NCBI RefSeq assembly: GCF_006345805.1
Contig: NC_043002.1
Span: 82,770,001-82,834,000 of the forward strand
Direction: 5' to 3'
Source of the DNA: Octopus sinensis
Taxonomy: Eukaryota
DNA length: 64,000 nt
The position numbers and the translations under genes were made by a program. The notes beneath the pieces are model-generated. The model had not been told where the DNA came from. It saw only the letters and a program-made list of their open reading frames with translations, and did not search any database. Below, piece after piece: positions 1-10,479 of this stretch. Position 1 is the stretch's first letter, and each line of letters opens with the position of its first letter.

Positions 1-624
1 ATATTACCTTGCTCGGAAACAGGTGAAGGTTGGTAACAGGAAGTGCATCCAGTAATAGAAAATCTGCCTCAACAAAGTCCATCTCACTCATGGAAGCAAG
101 GAGTTTAAATGATGATGATGATGATGTACCTAAGGTACAAGTGTTAGCTTTAAACTGGATTACTGATTAGTTCTACCACTCAAAGAATGAGGTACAGTCT
201 GATAAGCTTCCATACATTTTCCATCTTCTCAAATTTCACTCACAGGACTTGGGTTGGACCAAGATTGTGACAAAACACTGATGTTCAAGGTGATATGGTG
301 TGAGATCAAACCCAGTACTAAGTGATTGCAAAACAAATTTCTTGACCATGTGGCCATGCTTACAGCCATTATGGTCACACTTACAACCATTAAGCATGGC
401 CATGCTTACAACCAAACTGTCAGGAATAGGTATTAGACAGATTTACCCAAAACACATCAACAGCTTGTTCAGAGTAAGATCTACTTATCAATATGAAATC
501 AGATCTAAGTATTGAACACTTTGGACAATTGCCTGAATCCCTTCAATGAATTTAATTCCAAAATCAATTTTTCAAATACACTCCCACTCAGACTCAGAGG
601 CTTTTTTCTTTTCCTTTCTTTATT

Positions 625-2024
625 TTGCCATGCAAATTGATTGGCGACCTCACTAATGCTGGTGTCATGAAAATGCACCTACTGTATTTCCTGATTGAAT
701 TCATCCCTTTAGTATTAAAGTCTGATTTAAAACTTAATTATCCAAGCAGAATAAAAAAAAAAAGAATATTGTCTGCTTCCAGAAACAGTGAAAATTTGAA
801 ATTGTCCTGCTCCCTTGATATTAACTTCAGCACAGTCAAGACAATTGTACAGAAAGATTATTCTCCAAAGAAAAAAACATGGGCACCAACAGTAAAAAAT
901 CAAGGAAAATCATCAACAATTTTTACAAGAATCAATTAATGAGGACCCAACTTTAACTTTGAAAAGAATGAGAGAACTTTTAGAAGAGAAATTTGATTTG
1001 ACTGTTTCATTATCAACTATTGATTGCTATCTTGACAGCTTTGGATACACTCTGAAAAAATTAATGATTCACCATCATGAAAACACAAAAAAAGAAGCAA
1101 TGTTATTACGCAAAATGGTTTCAAGATAATGGATTGGCCATTCATTGTGTATATATTGATGAAACAAATTACAACATTTGGATTTCAAGACAAATGATTA
1201 TTATATTTGCTAAATACTTATATAAAATTTTTGTTTATGAAATATTTTTACAATCTATTTTATTTTGAAGGTCAATGGGCAGAGCTTACCATGGAGGTCA
1301 AGCAATTACCAATCACTCTTCTACTAAAGAGGCAAACTTAAACGTTATTGCCGTTATGGATACGTCAGGTCTTATCCAATTCGAACCATTTAAGAAGATC
1401 ACAACATCTGAATCTAACAGTTTTTTACATCAATGTTCACCAAAGATCACTGTTGACTACATCAGGTCCTGTCATATTTATTATGGATAATGTGCACATC
1501 CATAAATGTGCCAATGAAATTGATCTCGTGTCACAACATACGGTTTAAATATCTACTTCCTTATTCCCCAATATTTAAACCCGTTGAGGAAATGTTCAAT
1601 GAATTGAAATCTTTTGTGAAGCAGTATCTACAGACTCATAAAAATGATCTCTACAACAGATCAGAAAATTTGCCCATGATGATCCATAGAATGAATATTT
1701 TTAAAACAGCAATGTATCTTACAATGGATTCAATATCTGCTGTAAATTGTGCAAGATATGATCAACATCAAACATTTTTCATCCAACAAGCATTGAATAT
1801 GAAGGTTTTGTGAAATATTTATGATTACAAGTGTTTTAAAATAAATTTAAACTGTTTTAAGTTTAGTTTTTTGTTTATTTTCACTTATGTTTGTTTAAAC
1901 TTATAGGTGTGTAATTTTTAACTATTTAAGATCCAAATTAGCTTTGATAGCAAAGAGACAAATTCATTTGAGAAAAGGATGAATTCATTTGAGAAAGGGA
2001 TGAATTCAATTGGGAAACACTGTA
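625..2024 (+). mobile_element. Degenerate Tc1/IS630-like DNA transposon (frameshifted DDE transposase, right TIR)
   Basis: Broken ORFs give HTH-like LEEKFDLTVSLSTIDCYLDSFGYTLKK, first Asp VYIDETNYN, second Asp IFIMDNVHIH and Glu motif YLLPYSPIFKPVEEMF. The right end is ...GAAACACTG|TA (2022-2024), a Tc1-type terminus with TA. The left boundary is unclear. Confidence 0.85.
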
Positions 2025-2542
2025 GTATACTTTGTTAAGTAGCTGGTGTTAGAAAGGGCCTAAAAGCATAGTCTTAGGTCTGAGATGACTTAGATTTCTG
2101 GAGGAAGGAATAGTTGATTTCATCAATTGCAGTACTTGACTGATTATTATTTTATTGTCCCTCAGACAAGAGATAAAATATAAAGTTAACTTCTTTTAAA
2201 AAGGCAAATGAGAAAACTACCATCTGGTTTATCATATTTTGTGCTATAGATATAAAAGAAACTTTCAATTTTGTATATGGTTTTCAAGGCTCTTGATATG
2301 AACTCAAGTAGTGAAACAAATTTTGTCGTAAGTTGTGAAGGTCATTATACTGATAAACACACACTGGCTGTATTTCATTTCCCTTGTAGGATGTGAGGTT
2401 GGCACTGGTTGGGTGCCTCACATTTCCTTACTTAGTTGTAGAAAGGAAAACAGTGGGAACACAAATCTCCGAACAAATAACAATAATAATTTATTTTCGC
2501 CAAAATAAGCTTTTCATCTCTGGACATCGGTAGCCTGGATAC

Positions 2543-2818
2543 CTTGGGGGTGGAAACAGCAGAGTCGGTTTAAATCACAATTGTGAAGGCATTCTTCACA
2601 GGTTCGCCTAAGTCATGTTCGCCTTCACACAGAGCTTGTCTGGTTGCGTCTAGCTCTGATGGCAGCAGGAGCAAAAAGAGAGAGAATAGTGGTAAAACCT
2701 AGCTGTTGCTGATAACTGCGCATGCGCATAAGGGACTTCCGGCAGGCCTTCTGGAAGACACAATCTTTGCGCATGCGTGGATGAAATTCCCAAAATGGTG
2801 TCTGGAACCAGGCGCCAC
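2543..2818 (-). promoter_or_regulatory. CpG-rich housekeeping-type promoter and probable non-coding first exon of a divergent gene
   Basis: Perfect NRF1 palindrome TGCGCATGCGCA (2717-2728), second TGCGCATGCGT (2768-2778), ETS CCGGAAGT on minus (2735-2742), YY1-like CAAAATGG (2791-2798), 14-nt pyrimidine tract on minus (2673-2686), candidate minus-strand donors at 2542 and 2431. Orientation is inferred. Confidence 0.6.
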
Positions 2819-3020
2819 TACAGTGAGCTGATAGAATTCTTAGCACACTGGACAAATTGCTTAGCAGCATTTCTTTTGGTTTTACATTCTGAGCTCAAAT
2901 TCTACCAAGGTCAACTTTACCGAGTTGATAAAATAGTATCAATCAATTACTGGGGATGATGTAGTCAACAAGCTCCCCTCCCCCAAAATTTCAAATCATA
3001 TCCCTATAGTTGAAAAGATA
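2819..3020 (+). mobile_element. SINE family B, degenerate copy
   Basis: Head GTGAGCTG..AGAAT..TTAGCAC and TTCTGAG.TCAAATT box shared with copies at 44370 (+), 18490 (-) and 37810 (-). Confidence 0.6.
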
Positions 3021-3944
3021 ATTATTTGTTAATTCATTAAATTTAACCAATTAACTAATCAATTGTTTGATTAATCATTTGGTAATTCAGTCAATTAGCT
3101 AGATTTGTCAAAACTCTTTCATTTGCATTTATGACCTCATTAATGATCAGTCTCCTCTGCTCCAATTCTTTTCATTAAAGGTCTACAATTCTTTTCATTA
3201 AAGAAAAATAAAGGGGAAAATATTACCTTAACAACTATAAATTCAACAATTTTCCTGACTAAATTGCTTTAGGGCAGTGAAAACATTAAATCAGTAGGGA
3301 ATCAGACTAAATCTTGAAGTATTTAGTGATGGCCTTTTACAGAGTCAGTTGAAATCCTGTCAAAGTTAACTTTTCCTTTCATCCTTCCAAGATTTCCATT
3401 AATACTATAATGGCCCGTCTGCTCTTCAGTGCTTGCTGGCCTCATTCTGTATCCACTCACGTGTCCCTTCCCCTCTCATCACCTTTGTTATATCCACCAC
3501 TGTCCCAGAGCCTCACACTAACCACTTCTCCTCCAAGTCCTTCTCTCGCTGAGCATTGCCCCCCTCCCCCCATTGGAACTCCTTCCCTGCTTGTATTTTT
3601 CTTGCAGATGTTAACTAATATGGCTAAATAGCAGCAGTCTCAATGGTCACAGAGCACCTATGAAAGCCTTGCACCCTGCCTCTTTCTCCAAAGCAGCAAG
3701 TAAAATATAAAAAAAATAAATATAAACAATACCAGCTGATTTAATATTCCTCTTAAGGTATTCTAGAATGTTTTTTACCTTTTTCTTGTTTCAGTTGTAG
3801 GGCTGCAGACATACTGGAGGACTGCCTCAAAGGGTTTAGTCGAACAAATCCACCCAGTACTTATTTTGAAACTGGTACTTATTCTATCAGCCTCTTTTGC
3901 TGAACCACTAAGTTACAAGGATGTAAACAAACCAACACTGAATG

Positions 3945-4335
3945 TCTCAGAAACCTGGACGTTATCAAAGAAGCTTGAGAGGCGGTTGGATGGAACCTAC
4001 ACTCGCCTCCTTATGAGAGCTCAAAATATCTCGTGGAAGTGTCATCCAACCAAAATGCAAATATATGGGAAACTACCACCTGTATCATCTCTTGTGAAAG
4101 GTAGAAGAGTCCAGTTTGCTGGACATTGTTGTAGAGCTGAAAACAAGGCAATTTCTACTCTTCTCCTCTGGAAGCCATCTACTTGCAACACCAGAGGGCG
4201 CACACTCTCCTACCCTGATGTAATCTCCAGGGATACAGGCATCCAGCAACAGGACCTCCGTGATGCTATGATGGACCGTGAAGTCTGGCGTAGCATGGTA
4301 AATTCCATTGTCGAACAATGATGATGATGATGATG
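3945..4335 (+). mobile_element. RTE-clade LINE 3' end with (TGA)n tail
   Basis: ORF2 C-terminus ETWTLSKKLERRLDGTYTRLL...RRVQFAGHC...MDREVWRSMV followed directly by TGA repeats. Confidence 0.85.
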
Positions 4336-4590
4336 GTAGTGGTGGAGGTAAACATAAAGACACATACACACACATATGTACATACATACAGATAGATAGA
4401 TGAATATACATATATATATATGTATGAAAGACAGACTTCCACATGATTTCTGCCTACCAAACTTACTCACAATGCATTGGTCAGCCCAGGGCTATAGTAG
4501 AAGACACTTGTCTAAGGTGCCATGCAGTAGGACTGAGTTCAAGACTAAATGGGTACTAAATGAACTTCTTAACTGCACAGCTATACCTAT
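4336..4590 (-). mobile_element. SINE family A (tRNA-head), degenerate
   Basis: Reverse complement matches the head and body of the full copy at 55912-56270. Confidence 0.6.
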
Positions 4591-4848
4591 ACCGGAGCCA
4601 CTTTTGCAGCATCACAGGCCTCCAGGAAAATGAATGTACTGGGCCCTATAAGCCACAACATACATAAGATGGAATTTGGCCTCAGACCAGTGAGGCCCCA
4701 GGAAAACTGCCCAGTGTGCCCATGAAATAAGACGTCCTTGACGTATGCTTAAGAATAGAAATAAATTTAAAGTCTTCTTTGCATTGTTAATATCAGTAAG
4801 AGCTGAAATTTAAAGAAAGCTATAACAGACAACAAACAGAAGGCTTTT

Positions 4849-5288
4849 GGATCTTTACGGTTTGAACGGCAGTTTTTTCTAGCGGTGTCATATGAAATTG
4901 TCACCCATAATTATGACCCTAGTATCGATCTATTGCATTTCAATCTGTTTTAGGGTTAGGGTTAGAGTTAGGGTTAGGGTTTGGGTTAGGGGTGGGAGGA
5001 AGGATATCTTTTTTTCTTCAGAAATGTAAATAAACCCAATCTGTTTCTTAAACGAGGGACATATTCATTCAACACAGAATGTTTTCACCTCAATTGACAT
5101 CATTGATTGGTTGAAATTGCAGAAATTGAAGAAGAAAAACAACAAATATATACAAACTATAGAATTTTCTCAATAAAACCAAGAGAAAAAGATGTTTTAT
5201 AAACTCATTCTACCAGTATACGAAGTTTAAAAGTGTTTAGTTACGTGGAAATTATTTTAAAAAACTGCTAGTCAAACCGAAAAGATCC
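4849..5288. mobile_element. 440-bp MITE-like element containing TTAGGG repeats
   Basis: About 28-bp terminal inverted repeats (GGATCTTT[A/T]CGGTTTGA...GCAGTTTTTT), no ORF, seven telomere-type hexamers at 4950-4991. Right-half copy at 48014-48175. Confidence 0.8.
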
Positions 5289-5497
5289 AAAATTTCTGAC
5301 CATAAGACAAAATTTTATTTGAGAGAGAGAGAGAGAGAGAGATCCCCTGATATAGTATCATAACTAATCAAGAGAATTCTCTCATCACCTCAGAAGCAAA
5401 TTTTTATACTAAATCAGATGGTCATCTGAAATAAAAACAAATGTTCACAGAAGGAATGTCCAGAGAACCAATACCACAGATACATAATTGGACAGTG

Positions 5498-5812
5498 AAG
5501 GTGTATACTTCAATGGTTAGAGTGTTCAGCTCACAGTCATGAGGTAGTGAGTTCAATTCCTGGATCAGGCTGTGTTGTGTTCTTGAGCAAGACACTTTAT
5601 TTCATGTTGCTCCAGTTGACTCAGCTGTAGAAATGAGTTACAATATTACTGGTACCAAGCTGTATAGACATTTGCCTTTCCCTTGGGCAATGTTGATGGC
5701 ATGGAGAGGGGAGGCTGGTATGTATGGGTGATTGCTGGTCTTCAGTAAATGACCTTGCCTGGACTTGTGCCTTGGTGGAGAACTTTCTAGGTGTAATCCT
5801 ATGGTCATTCAT
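5498..5812 (+). mobile_element. SINE family C (tRNA-head)
   Basis: A-box-like CAATGGTTAGAG, B-box-like GAGTTCAATTCC and TTGAGCAAGACACTTTATTTCA body. Reverse copies at 43365-43705 and 60652-60955. Confidence 0.8.
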
Positions 5813-5983
5813 TTATACATTGGACAGTCATGTATTGAGTAGCAATGAAAAAAGAGACAATTACATATGATGCAATTTCTGTTACACAATTCGTATTTAG
5901 GAAAGGAACTGTTCAACTATTTTAAAGACATATTCTGTTACATTTTTATAAATATCTATGCCCAACTATTAACACATAAAGCA

Positions 5984-6072
5984 CAACAGGCCACAATCAT
6001 GGCCATCAGGCACAGGTCAACAGGCCACAATCATGGCCATCAGACACAGGTCAACAGGCCACAATCGTGGCC
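5984..6072. repeat. 34-bp tandem repeat, about 2.6 copies
   Basis: Unit CAACAGGCCACAATCATGGCCATCAGGCACAGGT, each containing the hairpin GGCCA-caatca-TGGCC. Confidence 0.9.
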
Positions 6073-6334
6073 CAGATAGACACATTTAATTTATGGGTGT
6101 TTATTGGGGTCTAATGTCATTCAAATGCTCTGATACCTCCCAGAATGCAAGAGGACAAATAGTTCAACTAATGACTTTTCAGATGATGTAAAACTTGCCA
6201 CCGTTATATTATACTAAGAAGATATTTTAACTATTTTTTTGTTTTTTATGTATGCATGGTAGTCTCATTTTCATAAAATGTGCTCAGCAGTCCATGCTAT
6301 GTAAGTGCAAATCCCAGTGCTTTATGGGTTAATA

Positions 6335-7340
6335 TCATCATCATCATCATCATCGTTTAACGTCCGTTTTCTGCACTAGCACAGGTTGGACAGTTCGACC
6401 GGGGTCTGGGAAGCCAGGGGCAGCACCAGGCTCCAGTCTGATCTGGCAGTGTTTCTACGGCTGGATGCCCTTCCTAACGCCAACCACTCCGCGAGTGTAG
6501 TGGGTGCCTTTTACATGCCACCTGCACAGGTGCCAGGCTGGGGTCTGGCATCGGCCACGATCGGTTGGTGCTTTTAACGTGCCACTGGCACGGAAGCCAG
6601 CCATGGCGGCGCTGGCATCGGCCACGTTTGGATGGTTCTTTTTTATGTGCCACTGGTACAGAAGCCAGTCGAGGCGGCGCTGGCATTGGCCACGTTCGGA
6701 TGGTGCTTTTTATGTGCCACCGGCACAGGTATCACAACTACTATTTCCATTTGTTTCGATGTTCATGTACATGCACTTGACTCAACAGGTCTCCTCAAGC
6801 ACAGCGAGATGTTCTGGGACCCAAGGTACTTTGAATGCGCAGGGGCTATGCGGAACTGGTGCCGGAAGCATCCCGGGTCTTTGCAGTCACAGCACATCTC
6901 CAGAGATCTCGGTCCTTCGCCATTGCCTCAGTGAGGCCCAACGCTCTGAGGTCATGCTTGACTACCTCATCCCATGTCTTCCTGGGTCTACCTCTCCCCC
7001 TGATTCCTTCAACTGTTTGGGAGCGGCACTTCTTCACACATCTCTCCTCATCCATCCGCAGTACATGACCATACCATCACAGGCGTCGCTCTTGCACACC
7101 ACATCTGATGCTTCTTATGTCCAGCATTTCTCTCAGGGTGCTTACACTCTGTCGTGCATTCACACTGACATTACAGATCCAGTGGATCATGCTAGCTTCA
7201 TTTCTTTCAAGTCTACGCATGTCCTCTGCAGTCACGGCCCATGTTTCACTACCGTGAAGCAAGGCAGTTCGCACACATGCATCATACAATCTACCTTTCA
7301 CTCTGAGTCAGAGACCCGTTGTCGCCAGTAGGGGTAGGAT
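6335..7340 (-). mobile_element. 5'-truncated RTE-clade LINE, relatively young (ORF2 end + 3' UTR + (GAT)n tail)
   Basis: KGRLYDACVRTALLHGSETWA...RGRGRPRKTWDEVVKHDLR on minus, followed by a 3' UTR with 64-68-bp tandem units and a GAT tail. Many CpGs are retained. Confidence 0.9.
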
Positions 7341-7371
7341 CTTTCTAACATATATATATATATATATATAT

Positions 7372-7630
7372 ATTTTATCTTTAACTTCTTTCAGTCATTC
7401 GACTGTGACCATCCTGGGGCATCGCCTTGAAAGATTTTTTGTCAAATGTATTGACCTCAGTACTTATTTTTTTAAAGCTTGGTACTTATTCTAGCAGTCT
7501 CTTTTTATCAAAGTGCTAAGTTTGGTCACCCTGAAGCTATAATAGAAGTCATTTACCCAAGGTGCCATGTAGTGAGACTGAACCACAAAATATGTAGTTG
7601 AAAAGCAAGCTTCTTACCACACAGCCACTA
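7372..7630 (-). mobile_element. SINE family A, internally shortened
   Basis: Reverse match to both head (GGCTGTGTGGTAAGAAGCTTGC) and tail (GACTGAAAGAAGTTAAAAG) of family A. Confidence 0.7.
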
Positions 7631-7636
7631 ATACAT

Positions 7637-7743
7637 GCGTACATACATACATACATACATACATACATACATACATACATACATACATACATACTACATA
7701 CATACTACATACATATATATGTATGTATATATATAAATGTGTT

Positions 7744-7803
<60 letters not shown>

Positions 7804-7820
7804 TAGATATACACACACAT

Positions 7821-7852
<32 letters not shown>

Positions 7853-7986
7853 GGGGGGGATTTCCTTTCAGGATGAAATTACTTGTCACTTGACTGTAAA
7901 CTCATGAACTTTCCAACATCCACACAATAACAATTCTTATTCTGTTTGTATTGAGTTCTCTCTCTTAGAGGTAGTCTTTCCCTGTA

Positions 7987-8078
<92 letters not shown>

Positions 8079-8100
8079 GTATATGTACATGTATGTATAT
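7637..8100. repeat. Compound microsatellite block: (TACA)n, (TA)n, (GA)n, (TG)n, with long (TA)n at about 7990-8066
   Basis: Directly visible, immediately upstream of the DNAJB12 promoter. Confidence 0.95.
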
Positions 8101-8139
8101 ATGTATTTATATTTATATGATAAATATCATCATATCAAG

Positions 8140-8256
8140 TACAGACGATGATATTGTCGGCCATCAGATAAGGTAATGACGTAGTGTGTCATCGAAGCCA
8201 ATCAAAACTTGCGTTACTCTGGAGTTTCACTTCCCGTCGAAGGCTATACAGTCAAG
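8140..8256 (+). promoter_or_regulatory. Proximal promoter / 5' UTR of the DNAJB12-like gene
   Basis: CpG-rich relative to background. TGACGTAG CRE-like site (8177-8184), AGCCAATCA CCAAT box (8196-8204), YY1-like CAAGATGG overlapping the ATG. Confidence 0.65.
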
Positions 8257-8389
8257 ATGGAGGGCAATAAGGATGAGAGTGAACGGTGTATTTCGATAGC
8301 CGAAAAACATATAGCTGATGGCGAAAAGGAAAAAGCGTTAAAATTTTTAAACAAAGCAGAGAAACTATATCCATCTGTGAAAGCTAGAG
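8257..8389 (+). CDS. DNAJB12: DnaJ homolog subfamily B member 12/14-like, coding exon 1
   Basis: MEGNKDESERCISIAEKHIADGEKEKALKFLNKAEKLYPSVKAR matches the DNAJB12/14 N-terminus (MExNKDEAERCIxIA). 133 nt, donor G|GTAACA, phase 1. Confidence 0.95.
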
Positions 8390-8679
8390 GTAACATTACT
8401 AATTTAATTTTGCCTAAGTCTTGTGATGAAATGTAAAAGGTTAATGGTGTAACTCAGTTGATTGAATATTTGGAGACAACAGTTAATGCGTATGAATCTT
8501 TCTTCTTTTTAGACTCTCATATAATGTCTAAACTATTGTTACATTTATAATTAAACTGTCTTGATTGTGTTGCTCGTTGTTTGGTGTGATATACTTCTTT
8601 TTTTGCTTGAAATGTAACCCAGTGTACGAAAATACTTTCTCGGCAAACATTACTGGACCTACCGCTTAGTGAATATGTA

Positions 8680-8733
<54 letters not shown>

Positions 8734-10479
8734 AATATATTCAACACACTTTATGTACGTACTGTTTAAAGTCATCTATTTTAAAACTAAAAATTCCATT
8801 TTAGCTTCTCAAATAGTCTACTCATTTAATAAATGTCAATTAAAATAAAGGTTTCGTAAGCTGTTTTAATTATTTTTGATAGGTGTCAGTTGTTATGTCA
8901 TCTTGTCGGGCTACGATGGATGATCATCTTCTAGGTTCATTGTGCTACTTACTCATTTTTGCTGAGCTTTTTTTTTCATTATTATTATTATATATATATA
9001 AGTTCAACAAAAATAGCTTTGTGAAAGAATCCATATTCTGTTAGATGGCCATGTTTGTTATTATAATACATTTAGATAACTCTATAATAATAGCCTTTTG
9101 GGGCGAATTGGGCATCAAGCTATTATTGGTTTATACCGAAAATATTTGCAATGAGGTAGACATGTATGTGAAATGGCTGTGACTGGAAGAACGGTGAGAA
9201 AAATAAACGATTAAAATAATGTGTATACGAAAAGTAACATCACGGGTGCTTAAACAGGAGGAAAAGTTGATGTCAACTTTGTTGTAGACCTAAATTACGC
9301 CACACAATTTCCTGTGTGTCAGTATCGTATAACAATTTCACCTATTTTTCGCTTGATCGTTTTTGTAAATGGATATTTCATATAAGATGTAACAAATTTG
9401 TTGTCTTCTGTGTCTTCGTTTTTAATCACTGGTTAGGTTAGATCGGCTTTTAAATTGATGTCGTGGCATATGCTGAATGGAACAAAAAAAAAATGTTAAC
9501 TGGATTCACATTTAGAGATATACTTTTATTTTTAATTAGGTCAATCAGCTGGTTGGATTATAGAAAATCCACAGACTCATGGGGTCTAACTTTAAACTTT
9601 GGGGTCAATTTTATTCGAAATTTAAACGAATCTAGCACATTATGTTTTCGGTAATAAATGTGCATTAGTTTCAATTCATTATTTACTTTCTTTTGTGTTT
9701 TTTTTTCTTCTCCATATGAATGATGTAATAATTCTATGTTTTTCTTTTGAAATTGTAGCAATTAATGATAGTTGTAGGTAGAACGTAGGGTGTGCCTGAA
9801 ACCTGATAAGCGTTGCAATATTTACTTAATCTTTTTCCGTTCAGAGTTCAAACCTTTCAAGCGGTAAATTCCACCATCACCCTGGATCGATAAAATACGT
9901 ACCAGTAATATGCTGTTCGATACAATCGTGCTAGTAAAGGGACTTCTAAACAGAAAGAAGCTGCGACCTTAATCCTCATTTAATATCAGAAGATGAGAAT
10001 TAGAGTCACACACTATTTGCTGTTGTAGATGGCTTAGCCTCACACCACCTGCAATTGTAAACTTAAATGGAACTGCAATAGTATGTGTAATAAACACACA
10101 TCTTACAATCACTAATTAAGCTGCATAGATATTTAATAATTGTACCCCAAAGTACACCTCAATGTCAATAACTTGGATAATTTTTCCAAAATTTTACTCA
10201 TTATTAGAAATCTGTCTTCAGAGCAGAGGAATGTTATTGATTTGTATAAATAAGCAATACATCAAAGTCACAAATGAACATACCAGAGTACAAACTTATA
10301 GGTGTAACTGTAAGTATTGACGGGCAATACCTTAAGACTGTATGCTCATATAGATCCTCAAATCAATGTCATATCAAGAATCTCTGCAAGATTAGAGGGA
10401 GACGTGATTCTTGTTTGTCAGCCCCCTCTTGTTCATCATAATCCTTCAGGCATTAATAAAGGAATACAAGTCAAGCTGC

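Noticed and set aside
3609-3700. Possible + strand exon downstream of the 2700 promoter
   Set aside because: Weak donor, early stop codon, and no credible upstream exon to join.
4085-4470. Several overlapping ORFs rich in Y/I/C/V/H (also 17716-18157, 41435-41737, 45690-46107)
   Set aside because: They are translations of (TA)n, (TG)n and (CAT)n microsatellites and SINE/LINE UTRs, not genes.
6500-6730. Regularly spaced palindromic repeats resembling a CRISPR array (also 45819-46090)
   Set aside because: The inter-repeat sequences are near-identical rather than unique, there are no cas genes, and the context is a eukaryotic LINE 3' UTR.
8185-8256. In-frame upstream extension of DNAJB12 (ORF track starts at TTG 8209)
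   Set aside because: Non-ATG start overlapping promoter motifs, with an in-frame TAG at 8182-8184. Family homology begins at ATG 8257.
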